DNA of 64,000 bases, taken from assembly GCF_009914755.1 (NCBI RefSeq), contig NC_060936.1, one strand, 5' to 3'. Under the pieces are notes generated by a model. The model ran no database searches and was not told where the DNA came from. It was given only the letters and a program-made list of their open reading frames with translations. The stretch's first letter is position 1. Each line of letters opens with the position of its first letter. Source of the DNA: the human T2T-CHM13v2.0 reference genome, Homo sapiens. A program made the translations under genes and the position numbers. This document shows, piece after piece, positions 26,456 to 41,852 of the stretch.

Positions 26456-27681
26456 CAGTCACATGTTGCTTAGTGGCAGGGTTACATTCTGAGAAATATA
26501 CCATTAGACAATTTTGTTATTGTGTAAACATCATAGACTGTGCTTACAGAAACCTAGGGGGTCTAGTCTACTACACACCTATGCTATATGGTATAGTCTT
26601 TTGCTTCTAAGCTACAAACCTATACAGCATGTTACTGTACTGAATATTGTAGGTAATTATAACACAATAGTAAGTATTTATGTATCTAAACATATCTTAA
26701 TATAGAAAAGATGCAGTAAAAATACCATATAAAACATGAATGGAGCCTGCAGTACTGAAGTTGACCTGGGTGAGTCAGTGAGTGAATGGTGAGTGAATGT
26801 GAAGCATTAGGACATTACTGTATACTACTGTAGACTTTATAAACACTATACACTTAGGCTACACTAAATTTATGTTTAAAGATGTTTTTCTTTCTTTAGT
26901 AATAAATTAACCTTAAGCTACTGGAACATTTTTTACTTTATAAACTTTCTTTTAAATTTTATTATTATTATATTTTAAATTTTAGGGTACATGTACACAA
27001 CGTGCAGGTTTGTTACAAATTCTTTTTAACTTTTTGACTGTTTCATAATAACACTTTGCTTAAAACACATTGAACAGCTGTACAAGACTATATCCTTAGT
27101 CTAAGTTTTTTCTATTTTTAATTTATTAAAATTTTTCAAACGTTTTTATTAAAAATGAAAACACAAATACACATATTAATCTAGGCTCACATGGTTAGGG
27201 ATCATCAATCTCATTGTCTTCACCTCTACATCTTGTTCCACAGGAAGGTCTTCAGGGCAATAACATGCATGGAGCTACCATCTCCTATGATAACAATGCC
27301 TTCTTCTGGAACACCTTCTGAAGGGCCTGCCTGAGGCTGTTCTAAAATTAACTATTTTTTTTTAATAAGCAGAAGGACTATGTGCTAAAATAAGTATAGT
27401 AATAATAAATACATAAACCAGTAACACAGTCTTTTATCATCATTATCAAGTATTATGGGCTATAGATAATTGTATGTGCTATACTTTTATACCACTTACA
27501 GTGAAGTAGGTTTATTTATACCAGGATCACCACAACATGTTAGTAATGTTTGCTACCATGTTACGACAACTAGGCAATCACTAGATGATAGGAAGGTTTC
27601 AGCATCATTATACTGTTATGGGACCACTGTTGTATAAGTGGTCTGTCCTTGACGGAACCATCGTTACGCAGTGTGTGATTT
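26456..27681 (+). mobile_element. Tigger3-family (TcMar-Tigger, Tigger3b-like) non-autonomous DNA transposon
   Basis: TA-CAGTCACATGTTGCTTA...ACATTCTGAGAAAT start, GTGAGTCAGTGAGTGAATGGTGAGTGAATGTGAAG core, degenerate 3' TIR. Confidence 0.8.
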
Positions 27682-27795
27682 TTTTACTCCTTGAAACTTA
27701 ACTGTAAGCGTTATAATAGTCTCAGTTCATTATCTACCCTTTTTCTTCTTGTCAGCAATTACATTTTAAAAGATTTATATTAAAAAGTTTGTTTT

Positions 27796-29670
<1,875 letters not shown>

Positions 29671-31834
29671 AAGAAGTTTGTTTTAGGGATGTAGAGGTTT
29701 TATGGTATTTATAATATTGCTTATTAAAATTCAAATCCATGTCTAGCTACCTGTAAGACTATCAGGAATGTTTGTGTGGAAATCTTACGAAGTTTGTAGC
29801 TATAAAATTAGTTGCCAAATTGCATCTAAAAACCAGTTTAGTTATTTTGATGAAAATATGTTAAATGTTTCAAGACTATTTGTAAATTTTAGAGATAGTA
29901 CTAATGGAACTATGAGTATATTCATTTTTTTTCTTCTTGAACTAGTGATAATGCAAATAGCTTGAAATATACTTATGTGTTGGAGTGTCATTTGCATTCT
30001 GAAATATCTTCCACTGTGTGACTCGGGAAATGGCTGTTCGTGTTTATGATTACAGCTTGTAGCTGTGGAACAGTGTTTTCTGTGTGAAAATACTGCAAGA
30101 ATTCGGTCTCCGAGAACTTATTTTAATTAGGCTCTGTATTCTAAATATTAGATGAATTTTTGCTTTATTGGTTTAACGTTTTTTTCCTTAATACCTTTTT
30201 TTGGTAATTCATACTTATGTGAAAACTTTTTCTTTTGCATTATAAGGGAAGTTACTTAAAAGCCATAACATTCTAACATATATCATTACTATTCCTAACA
30301 CATCAGGTCGACCTGCTTTAGTTTTGTGGAAAGCCAATGTAAGTACTTTTTCTAGGCTAGTTACTGTCTTGAATGTTAATAAGTCTACCAGCTAACAATG
30401 TTAGATTTTCATGTTTTAAATTAATATTAATTTCAGTGTCACGAAACCATAAAATACTGTTTTTCATTTGCTAATTATTGGGCTATTAATTTTCTTTAAA
30501 TTTTCCACTTTTCATCAAATTTAAGATATTATTATAAGAGCTTAACAGTCTGGAGCAGTTTCTTTTGCATGACACAATGCCCCTAAGAAAACAAACTGAT
30601 GAAGAAACTAAAAAGCAAAATAAAACAAAAGAAGCAAAAAAGAACAAGTTAATACTGACAGTATATGGTGTTTATATGACACTCATAGTTTTTAATTCCT
30701 AATACAGTTTCAATATCTCTTGCATACTCCATGTAAAATGTACATGTTAGTGTTTTTTTAAACATTTCTTTGGTAACTTTATTGCATTTGTGTCTTTTTA
30801 ATTTTTTTAAAAAAGAAAGTATTTCTTTAGCATTTTCCTTTAAACCTTTCCTTACTAGAAGTAATAGCAAGGAGCAGAAATGCCCTGATGCGTTTCTGTA
30901 ATTAGCATGGTTGTTTTTCCCTCTCCCTCTACTCCTTTTTTTCTCCTTTCTCTCCTTTCTCTTCCCTTCTCCCTCCCTTCTCTCCTTTAACCCCTTTATA
31001 CTTTTTTGTTTTTAATTTTTTTCTTTCTTAGCAAAGAATAAAGTAACAAATATTTATATTACTACTATCTAGAATAGATAACTTGTGGAGGATTCTATGA
31101 AGAGGTTATGACCTACCAATTTTCTTTTAAGTACAAAATGATTTTGAATCAATACCTATTATAATGACAACTAATATTGTTCATTCAAACTTTCATTGAA
31201 AGAGATGATTGTACATATTTCTTTAAAAATTCATTTTCCAGAATAACGTAGTAATTACTGTTTAAAAAAGATGAACCTCATTCCCACTTTCTAGCTCACT
31301 CCCAATCCTCTAGTAATTTAAGTTTCAAGACAAAAATTAGAGAAACACATATTTTAGTTTGGTTGAGTGTTGTAGTACATAAGTCGAAGAATGTAAAACA
31401 ACGTTGAAAGCTAAGTAGGTGCATGCTATGGAAGTCATATCCCTAAATGATAATTAGAGCTGTGTTTTAAAGCAATTACTTATGTAGTAAAATATATTGG
31501 AGAACATTTGCATAAAATCAAAGAGACCATTTACAATGTAATTATGACAGTTGACTACATACATAATACTGCAGTAGTCAGTGTGGAATGCTTTTAGCAA
31601 TGACTACTAGGGATTCATTGGCAAGTCCTTTTAATTATAATTTATTTTTGTCATATATAAAGTTCTGGTTAGTTTCCCCTACTACTTAGGGAATATAGTC
31701 TCTTATTACGGTTGTCTTATTTTTATATTAGCCTAAGCAAACCACAAGAAGCAACTATTAAGGAGTACATATATCCTGACATAGCCAAATAAAAATGACC
31801 TTTGGATCATTACCTATTTTCATTTTATTGTAGC

Positions 31835-32465
31835 AGTGTAGTAGACATTTGTGTTCTTTGGCATACCAGTATCTGAGGCCCCTGTTTATGTGTGGTGTAT
31901 CTGTCTACCACCTTAGGAGTTTTGGTGTTAGGTACAGGCTGCCTTCCTCTATAGAAGCCGAAAAAACAAACAAACAAACAACAACAACAAAAAACAAATA
32001 AACAAGCCTGGAGACTTGTTTCCCAGTCTGTTTTGCAGCTAGTGATACATGATCTAAGCTCAATTTTGGTGTTCTTGCCTTGTACATTGAATCAGGAGTT
32101 AGTGACCCAAGAAAATAGGGACTGCAGTGCATCTGTTTTTGTAGTAGGCAGTTGCAGGAGCTGCAGCAGGATTGAATTTTCAGGGACAGAGATGCCAGGG
32201 GAAGTGCTGTCCAGGAGTGGAAATGGTATAGTCAGCAGTATCCAGTATTCACCAGTGCCAGCAGTGGTATCCTTATGAGAATAATTGTTGCATGATTTTG
32301 GCCATATTCCCAAAACTGCCTAGACTTCCTTGTTCTTGCCATTTGACAAGCATGCCTTCTCAGCAGATCTGTTTGGCTATCCATTTTTCTTTTAATAAAT
32401 TTATTTTCTGTTTGAATCAGCCAAATATACTTTCTATTGCTTATAAGAATTCTGACTGATGCACT
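31835..32465 (+). mobile_element. Old ERVL-class LTR (LTR33/41-like)
   Basis: TGTAGTAGACAT start; AATAAATTTATTTTCTGTTTGAATCAGCCA...TTCTATTGCTT...CTGACTGATGCA end. Confidence 0.55.
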
Positions 32466-33203
32466 CTTCTTCTTTAGTGCAAATAATTGAGAGTGACTAT
32501 ATTCGGGACAATATTTAGTTTATGTGGACATATCATTCTATTAATAACAGTGATAGCCTTAATAATAATCTAAAATGTTCTGTTTAAGAAATGACCTTTG
32601 ACATATATGTCAGAATCCTTTTTCATTTTCACTGCAGTCTAGTGATTGCTAGGCTGATGTCGATATTGGTCTTAAATACCTAATTAATTTTTTTCTTAGG
32701 CACATAGGGATGGGCATTAAGTAGTATGTAGAATTTGGTGATAGCCATGAATGTCCTGGATAAGAGAAAATCAGCCTGGAATAAAATCACACAATGCATA
32801 CATATATGAAGACTATATTTACTTTGATTTCTTAATTTTACTGAGCTCTATAACATGGAAACTGCTTATACAATAAACATTTATTTTTGTTATCTCTTTT
32901 TAGTCTGGATTGCGTAATATTGCCAGCTCTGTTATACTTTTTATATTTCTGAACTTTGAAAAGTCACTTTACTTTCTGTGCATAAGCTTTGTGAGTTTTA
33001 AAATGATGGAGAATAAACTGATTTCTCAGGTCCTCCTTAGTCTTAGCAAATAAGTCGGTAAAATGAAATTTTTTTTCATTTTTCTTTGTAAAGTTTGAAT
33101 GGCAGCAGTACACTTATGATGCTGCATGCAGCAGAATATATAGGGTTCTTTGCTCAATGAGTTCAAATAGTCAATTAAGACATAGCTAATGAGTCAGCTG
33201 GAC

Positions 33204-33280
33204 TCTAGCGAGTCCACCCTGAACGTGCCTGATCTCAGAAACTAAGTAGGGTTGAGCCTGGTTAGTTCTTGCATGGGGGA
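33204..33280 (+). pseudogene. 5S rRNA retropseudogene, 3'-truncated with 10-nt internal deletion
   Basis: CCACCCTGAACGTGCCTGATCTC-AGAAACTAAGTAGGGTTGAGCCTGGTTAGTTCTTGCATGGGGGA matches 5S CCACCCTGAACGCGCCCGATCTC[GTCTGATCTC]GGAAGCTAAGCAGGGTCGGGCCTGGTTAGTACTTGGATGGGAGA. Confidence 0.9.
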
Positions 33281-33424
33281 ACAAAGTTAATGAGAAGTAT
33301 ATTAAAGAACATATTCAATAAGTAGCAAAGTCAGGGGTATTCAGTAATTGTCATTGGTAAAGTTTATGAAAATCACTGGGAAAAATGAACAACTTCATAT
33401 ATTCTCAGTTGACATACTTGAAAG

Positions 33425-33680
33425 GCAGTTTTGGCTAAGAACTCCAATATCAGACACCCTGGATTTCAATTTTGCCTCTACCATTTATAAGCAGTGTGAT
33501 CTTGGGGAAGTTACTTAACCTGTCTTTGCCTTAGTTTCCTCATCAGTAAAGTGGGTACAGAAACAGAACCTACCTTACAGAGTTGCCATGGAATTAAATG
33601 AGCTTATACATGTAAAGTGTCTGAAGTGTCTAGAATGGTGGAAGATATATGCTATTTAGTATTAGCAATTATTATTTTGA
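33425..33680 (+). mobile_element. MIR SINE
   Basis: GTGTGATCTTGGGGAAGTTACTTAACCTGTCTTTGCCTTAGTTTCCTCATCAGTAAAGTGGG. Confidence 0.8.
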
Positions 33681-33957
33681 TATTAGATAGTATACAGTTA
33701 AGACACAGTGTCATTTTACTTATTCTTACATAAATCTTGAATTTGAGACCATAGTGTTATGCATGTCTAAAAGTTATGTAAATCTGGTAATACTGTCATG
33801 AATATTTTATAGTGTTCCGCTGTTATTAATAGAACAAATATCTTATAACCATTAAATACTGCACTATCATTGGTCTTCAGTGCTGTATTTGGCTCAAGGA
33901 TTATAGATACAAAGCACATCCAGAACTACTAGGTTTTTTTTTTTTTTTTAAAGAAGA

Positions 33958-34324
33958 TGCTGTTGTCTCAATTTTTGTCTTTCCCCCAAGTTCATATGTT
34001 AACATCCTGACTCCCAAGGTGATGATATTAGGAGGGGATGGCTCTGGAAGGTGATTGGGTCACAGGGGCAGTGTCTTCGTGATTCAGATTCATACCCTTG
34101 TGAAAGAGGCTACGTAGAGTCAGCTCACCCCTTTTACCAAATGAGGATACAGCAAAAAAATGTCATCTGTAAACCAGAAAGTGGGCATTCACCAGATATC
34201 AAATCTGTTGGTGCCTTGATCTTGGACTTCCTAGCCTCTAGAACTGTGAGGAATAAATTTCTCTTCTTGGTAAGCTCCCTGGCTTTATAGTATTTTGTTA
34301 TAGCAGCCTGAACATATTAAGACA
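33958..34324 (+). mobile_element. MaLR MLT1A-type solo LTR
   Basis: CCCCCAAGTTCATATGTT..., GCCTTGATCTTGGACTTCCTAGCCTCTAGAACTGTGAGGAATAAATTT, ending TAAGACA. Confidence 0.85.
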
Positions 34325-34829
34325 TAGATATGAAATTTCAAGTACATATGGCTGATATATTAACGTAACTGATGTTGCTCTAGCAATACACTTCACATTT
34401 CCTTAGATCCCAAATAGATTTCAACTTCCTCTCTGTTCTCTGTAGATTTCAGTAGAATGTTGAAATACAAAGAAAAAGAAGAATGTTGACAGAGAATATT
34501 GCTATCAGATAAGAATGTTTCAGGGATATATTCTTTCCAATGCATTTTTTTTTGCTTATCTTAGCATTAGAATTCAGATTTATTTTATACTTAATTATTC
34601 ATCATTGACATGCAGTATTTTTTATTAGATATTGGATTTCCTAAGAAAATTTTGTGAAACTTCATACTATAAATACTTTAAGAATATTTTTATAGTTTCT
34701 TTTCAGAAAAAATGCAATGATACTACACTTTTAGATTTTAACTCTAAATCTTCAATTAAGCTAAACTGGCAGTTGTCTTAAAGGCCATTTCTTTGATCAC
34801 TATATATTTTATTCTGCTGCTTTTTTCAG

Positions 34830-34869
34830 GTCCAGGGTTCTGATCAAGCAGGAAAGAAGAAAGCAAAAG
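34830..34869 (+). CDS. C12orf40: C12orf40 coding exon 2 (40 nt; SRVLIKQERRKQK)
   Basis: ttttttcag|G acceptor, AAG|GTAAAG donor; in frame with exon 1. Confidence 0.9.
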
Positions 34870-37653
34870 GTAAAGAAAAAGTGTTTTTATTTTTGTCAGC
34901 CTTATGAGACTAATAACCTTGAAGTGCTTTTCTACCACTAATACATTCACCTAAGTGAAACTGGAGGCCATCTTCCTTTGGTCTTCTACATCCTTGTTGA
35001 TAGCTTGATTAGCCACGTATTTTGCTCAGTCAGAGACTTAAAGATCATTGTTGATTCCTGCTGTCCTTCTAATTCCAAAATGTATCCCAGATCTGACCAC
35101 TTCTCACTACCTGAGTATTGGTATTCTAATTTAAATAATCATTTATTACCTAGATAAATGATGTACAGTAATGGTGTCATAACCTGTGTACTACTTCCAT
35201 TTATTTTGTCTTTATTTTTTATTACACTGATTGCATTCCATAGTAAGGCTGAGCATGTATATACCTTACAACTGAGCAAAGAAACCCTTGTACATGTGCC
35301 CTTTTGGATATGTACAAGATTTGTTTGGGTCATTGTTATGCTGAAATAGCAAACAGAGAGAGAGAGATGGAGAAAGAAGACAGGCAAGGGGAAGGAAGGA
35401 GAGGGAAAGAGAACTGTCCCAACATCCATTAGCAGTAGAATAGTAGAATGGTTAAACAAATTATGGCATATGCAAGTAATAGCATAGCAGTGCAAATGTA
35501 TAAGCTACATATAATTAATGCAGATGAATCTCAAATACATAATGTTGAGCAAAAGAAGAAACTCACAGAATATAAGCAGTAAGATTCCTTTATATAAAGT
35601 TCTAAAACAGAAAAAAAAACCCAATAATGTTAATATGATCAAAGGTAGTAAAATTTCAATAAAAACAATGGAGTGATATTATAAAAGCAGGATAGTGGCA
35701 GTCTCTGGATTCTTTTCCTTCCCAGCTATCCCCTTTTATATTGCATCCCATTCATTTCTCAGTCATCTTGCTAAAGTCAACAATGAACTTTATGCTGTTC
35801 AATTGAAAGGATATTTGTCAGTCCGATTTATTTTATTACGTTGTCATCTCCTACACAAAGCAAATTCTTTCTGATCTTTCTTTGGTACATTCTCCAGATT
35901 TTATTTCTATCTCTCTGGTTGTTCCTTTTTAATGACTGTTTTCAAGTTAAAATTTGATTACTTAGTTTCTGAAAGTTTTCTAGTTCTTTTCAAATTGTTT
36001 TCTAGTTGTTTTTACCAAGTGAGACTTGACAAAAAAATTGAGCTTAGTCTTGTCAAGTTAATCAGTTAGTTACATACTTCTGTTCTTTCTTGGAACAGAT
36101 ATTAGAGGCTATTATGATGGCTGGATAATATGGGACAAACTTCTTCAACATGTTTCCTGGAATAAAGGCTTAGTCCCTTTGACAGTCTTTGTATTGTTCT
36201 TCCTTATTCCTGGAACCTTATATTCCTACCCTCTTTGGATAGCTCTGACTCATCCATCTATCTTAGAACTCATTTCCAAAGAAGTCTTCCATGTCCTCCT
36301 CCCTTCCCTGTACCCACCCTATCCCCAAACAATAATTTCCATACCTTTCCTAGGATTTGATACCATCCCCAATCACACTCAGTTGCATTTATTTGTGTCA
36401 TCATCTCCCTCACTATGGTCTTATCCATCACAAAGTACAGTGCCTTTGTACTTTGTACAGATGAACTAACAACTTCTTAATTCCAGGACACAATCAATTA
36501 TAAGATCTAGCATTGACTGAGTTGTTGTTTCAAGGTGGAAAACTATTTACATCCTGAAGATCCTGTTATTTCATTGCTTAACCATAGTATGGTCTTTAAA
36601 AATACATTTTAGTCTAATTTGGAGTTCCAGATCACTCAAATGAAATATGAACAAATACCTTTTATCTGTTATTTATTTTGTAAAAGAAGACATTTACTTT
36701 TTTGTGTGTGATCATTGGCAAGTCTGTTATAGTTCTTACAAGATTTTTACAAACTTAAAAGTTATAATTAACAATATTCTGAAATGTTAATGTGAAAGAG
36801 CCTCAACTTCTTGAAAATAAATATGATATGTAACCTCTTCAAATTATGACCTCTTGCACTAAATATTTTGCCATCTTGGCTTTTTCTCATTTCTGACAAT
36901 TTCGCATTTATAATTACATTCATAGCATTATATTATGAGTTATTTAATGGAAGAGAAGATGTTTTCACAACCTAGCACATAATAGTTGCTTGATAAATAA
37001 ATATTAGTTAATTTTTATTTAAATGAATTAATGATGTAACCTGAAAGAAAAAGAATGGCAATAAGAAAGAATAATAACAGTTCAAACAGAAAGAAAATAA
37101 AAACTGGATAAAGTGATAATTATGTGCAAGTCTTGTTAAAAAAACAAACATCTGGGAATCATGGAGGGATAACAAATAAACGAAATTGGCTTTGGTTGCA
37201 GATTAATTTGCACATAGCTTTTTTTTTCTTCATTTCTGTTGACTTTTAATGGCACTCAGCTGTGCATATTTTTAAGGTTTTCTATGTCTGCAGAATAGCA
37301 TACTTTGTAGAAAAACAAGAACAAGATTTTAGCCTGTCAGAATTGTTCTGTTACCAGATTTTTTTAACTTTCTATATAGAGATAATTTCTAATCTTTTGA
37401 TTTCAGAGAATAGCTTTATAGCATTCTGTTTTAAAGGTTATGCTTAAGGAAGATGATAAAAGGCTGTGAAATTTAGTCTTTAGGCAAACTGCAAGTTATG
37501 ATTAATTGTAATGTATTTATAAACATATAAAGATGTCACAAAATATAAAAGTATCAAGTCAATGACTTAATAACATGATTGCTTTTTTATTATTTATAAT
37601 TCTGTCTAAAACCGCATATTTGCTGCATTGTTTTTAATTTTTAATTATTTTAG

Positions 37654-37792
37654 GAATATTTTGAAAAACACAGGTTAAAATCAAAAATGAAATCACTGGG
37701 AGTTTTATCTCCTGTCAAAAATTCTGCTGTCAGCTTAGACATTCTTAACCTATATATGGTAAATCAGATATCTTGCAAGAAGAAAATTCCTG
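37654..37792 (+). CDS. C12orf40: C12orf40 coding exon 3 (139 nt; EYFEKHRLKSKMK...VSLDILNLYMVNQISCKKKIP)
   Basis: ttttag|GAA acceptor, CTG|GTAAGT donor; open frame. Confidence 0.9.
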
Positions 37793-38625
37793 GTAAGTCG
37801 TTCCAATTGCATTCTGTTTTGAACTTGATGTGATCATAATAATGTTTAGTCTTCTAATTAGTTTGTAATTTTTGAGCTCAAAGCATGTGGAAAATTAATT
37901 TTAAAATTTGGTTGCTCTCTTAAATTAGATGCCTAGTTAATATCTGCTTAAAACGTTTTGTTGCTTAATCCAATTTTTATTTTTATTTTGTGTATGTGTT
38001 ATATAAAATTAATTTATTAGGTGTCACTAAACTTATTATAGTACAGTTGTTACATTATTCTATACAGGCAGGTAGTTACCAAAGTTTAGCTAGAGAGCAG
38101 GGAATAAATGTTAATACATATCAACAAATTAACTATTCTTTACTATTTAAAGGGTATGTCTGAAAGGAAGATCTGCAAAGATTTTTGCTTCAATGACTAG
38201 TTTCCTATGTCATCACTTGAATTATTTATTACACTTTCCTGGGATGTTAATCATAGAAGTCTAATACTGCAAAATAAAGTCCATTTTGTCATATATTTTG
38301 ATACTTCAAGTAAATAAAAAGCTTAATTAGAGTATATTTTTCCTCTTTTAGAGGAACTTGTGTCTGATATTTAATTTTTAAAACAACTGCTAAAAATGAG
38401 AGCATAAAAATAAGACAATTTATCAGGAAGGGATAGAAATTGATCAGAGTATTGTTAATATTTCCTCATTTCCTTTCTCCGTCATTTTTTTTCTCCCTCC
38501 ACAGATAACAGTTTACACAAGTAAATTTAGTTATACTTTAGAAAGAATAAATACATTGTTCATGGATTTTGAGCATAAAACTTATTGTTGTAAATCTTTT
38601 TGATGTATTTACCTTTATTCCCAGT

Positions 38626-39111
38626 CGTAGGGGAATAAAAATATATTTCCTCATCCATTGCTAGGTTTATGGCTAAACCCTCAATAACAAAAGACAGATT
38701 AACAGGAGAAAAACATACAGATTTATTTAGTAAGTTTTATGTGACACAAGAGCCTTGATAAGAAATTTAAGATCTTAAGATTGGAAGAAATGGCTAAACT
38801 TGTGTATTTTTCTTGCCAGGTTTGATGAAAAAGTGGATGGTCCTCAAGAAGTATGATTGGATTTTTAAAAGAATGATCTAATAGTAATAAACTAAGGGGA
38901 TCTTAGCAAGGCCTCTTTGTTCAGATTCTTCTTTGTGACCCTGCGTCTTCAGAGATAGGGATATTATTTTCTTCCAAATATAACCAGAGCACTTCTCGAA
39001 TGAGGGTTTTATGACCTGCTTCAGGGGAAAGCTGAGAGTAACCTTCCTGCTTCTGCTGTTTTCTTAAATAGCAAGATGACTTATTTTGGGATAATGGCCT
39101 GAACTCCTGCA
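38626..39111 (-). mobile_element. ERV1-class solo LTR (MER31/MER67-like) in C12orf40 intron 3
   Basis: Minus strand TGCAGGAGTTCAGGCCATTATCCCAAAATAAG...AATAAATCTGTATGTTTTTCTCCTGTTAATCTGTCTTTTGTT. Confidence 0.7.
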
Positions 39112-39639
39112 CTTTCTTTTCATTTATTTCTTCAGCATATTTTTATTGGGTACCCACTGTAAGTACTCTACTGGGTGCTGAGGATAAAACAGAAAGCAAG
39201 CTTTACTAATCAGGACTCATGGCTGCAAATGACAGAAATTCAAAACAGTTATCTTTTTACTCCTTTAACAGGAAGAGTGATGGTGCAGTGGGCCTCAGAG
39301 ATGACTTGAAACAGGGACTTGAATACTATCAAGATTCTTTTTCACTTCAGTCATTAACTTTATTCTCTCAGACTGTCTTCATCATTGAGGCTCAAAACAT
39401 GGCCTTAAGAAACTAATATTACTCACCTTCTCTAGTTTTGCCACCAAGGAAATACTGAGAGTTGTTTCTCTGGTCCCACATTTTAAAATTCCACTGTAAG
39501 AATATTTCCTTGTGCTACTGGTACCAATCTCACAGTGAAAAAATTTTGCTTATAACTAGCAGAATGGGATACGATTATTGGTTCACCTTTAGTCAGATGG
39601 CTACTGCCAAATCAATTATTTTATCCAGAGAGACAAGAC

Positions 39640-39777
39640 TTTTATTTTGTTTTGTTTTTAAAGACAGGGTTTCACTGTGTTGCCCAAGCTGGTCTTGAAC
39701 TCTTGGCCTCAAGCCATCCTCCAACTGCAGCCTCCTTAGTAACTGGGATTACAGGCATGAGCCACTATGCCTGGCTT
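39640..39777 (-). mobile_element. FLAM (monomeric Alu)
   Basis: Single left-monomer-type unit with T-rich tail. Confidence 0.85.
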
Positions 39778-40203
39778 GAGGCAGAGTTTTATAAGAAGAT
39801 ATAAAATCTACACTATAACTATGTATATAGTTTGGGTGGGTGTATCACAAAAATAGAGTAGGTGAAAGTACTGACCAGAGAAAGGGAAAATATATATAGT
39901 ACTGTGGGAATATATAACATAGTAACTAATCTAGTCTGGAGATCATAGAAATCTTGGTGGAAGAAAAAGTAGAACTAAATTAATAGGGCAGCTATAATGA
40001 GGAATATATAAGATGATGAATATGTTTTAAAGTCTCTGATAGTTGTTTATATTGTAATGATTTATTTTAGCACTGATAGAATGTAAATGTTTTAGTAAAA
40101 TTTCTTAGATATATGTTTATGTAATGAACATGATTTATTAAACAGTACTTTTACAATTTTTTATTCTTATTTTAAAATTATAATTATATATTTTTTATTA
40201 TAG

Positions 40204-40336
40204 AAACTGTGAGAAAACCAACCCATGTGAACATGAATAGAGACATAAAAATGCCCCTAAGAAAGCATAATTTAGAACTTACAATGTCGCCTCACTGTGT
40301 ACCTTCTAAACTCTGCCTTGATGATACAGAAACCAA
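40204..40336 (+). CDS. C12orf40: C12orf40 coding exon 4 (133 nt; ETVRKPTHVNMNRDIKMPLRKH...CLDDTETN)
   Basis: tattatag|AA acceptor, AA|GTAGGT donor; phases match. Confidence 0.9.
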
Positions 40337-40714
40337 GTAGGTTTTAGCTAGGATTTATATTATTAGGTGTTTAAACTGGTTATTAACAACACTTTTACTC
40401 ACTCGAAAATGTATAAAATACTTACCTTCTACCCCCAGTTTTTGTTTGTTTGGCTGTTAACAGTATTATGCAATGATTAAGACCTTCATCAAATGATCCA
40501 GATTTTGTACACTTTGTTTGACTTACCTTATCATAAAAATGTCTGTATCTAGTATTAATATAATTTTTATAAAACTTAGTAATATTATGACCCTGTAGTG
40601 ATTTACTTAGGTTTCTATATGTTTTGTGTAGAACAGTATGAATTTTAAATATAGGAAAGGACAGTCGATTTTATTTCAATTTATATTTTTAACCTAAATT
40701 TTTCTTTTCATTAG

Positions 40715-40763
40715 TGTAAACTGTCAAAGACTAAGTAGCAAGGAAGATCTTGGCCCAGTCCAG
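40715..40763 (+). CDS. C12orf40: C12orf40 coding exon 5 (49 nt; VNCQRLSSKEDLGPVQ)
   Basis: cttttcattag|T acceptor, CAG|GTGAGA donor; phases match. Confidence 0.88.
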
Positions 40764-41666
40764 GTGAGATTTTTAAAAAAATTCTATAGGTTATTTCAGC
40801 AATTGTGATATGCTACCTAATGATCTAAATGTCTGAATACTGGAGAAAATTATTTTAAAGAAAATTTTGAGTCTTTAATTCTTTTAAAAGCTTTCCAGGT
40901 GAGAAATCTATGCCTTAAGAATATTTTAATTGATTGCTTATGAGAATCTCTTTGGACTGCTGGTAATGTGACTAGGCCTATGTTTGCATAACATTTGATT
41001 CTGCTTGTTACTGATGAGCTGCCAAGGACAGTTCACTTAGGGATTCTTACTTTGGGTTCACGTGATTATTGAGCAATTCATCTGTTCAAACATAGTAACC
41101 AGATTACTTTATATCAAATTGTGATGTCCAACCCTCACGTGGATCCCAAGATGATTTCTCTTTCAAAGTATAGCAAATAATTTTCTTAGCAAATAAAATT
41201 TTAATCAATTAGAAAATGCATAGATTATAATTAAAGCTTGAAACTTTAACATCTAATGTCATATTGTTAGCTATCATTTTTTTCCTTTGAATTGCCAGAG
41301 TTAAGCTAGATCAGAAAGATAATGGCAATGATACTAAAATCCCTTAGAAATCTTATCACCTGGATTATGGGTTAATGAAACTCAGATTTCCTGTCTTTAG
41401 AAGGTAGCCTACAGGAATGGAGCTGGAGGATGGAGAGAAGCAGGAGTAGGGAAGGCAGAGGGAAGGGTGCTCTTCAGTATAGCCTTCACTGGTAACCACT
41501 CTCTTCCTAGTAAGTTCTGTCAATTACTGATGGGTTGCCTTGCCTTAGGACATTTTCTTTTGTAACCCCTGCCCTTTTCACTTATTTTAATTTCACTATT
41601 TTGACTTTCCTCTTCTCTAGTTTATATATTTTGGTAATGTAAATGATTTTATCTTCTTTCCTATAG

Positions 41667-41852
41667 TCACAAGGCATGGACTCATATAGTATGCTTCACC
41701 CTCAGTTCAGCAAAATAGAGAACTGCAGTTTCACTCCATCATCTTTTTCAGTGGAGTTACCTTCTAACAGACATATTTCAAAACTAAATTTCACATCTGG
41801 AATAGCACCTACTCCTCAGAAACTTGCATATGAAAAAAAGCAGAATGACCAG
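41667..41852 (+). CDS. C12orf40: C12orf40 coding exon 6 (186 nt; SQGMDSYSMLHPQFSK...YEKKQNDQ)
   Basis: ctttcctatag|TCA acceptor, CAG|GTACCT donor; coincides with ORF 41676-41870. Confidence 0.9.

Noticed and set aside
29960-30480. Non-repetitive stretch of C12orf40 intron 1 with an octamer ATTTGCAT as a possible enhancer or extra exon
   Set aside because: No convincing exon boundaries or ORF; conservation cannot be judged from this sequence alone.
36023-36059. ACTTGACAA...TTGTCAAGT inverted repeat
   Set aside because: Only 9-10 bp, AT-rich, with a long loop; expected by chance.
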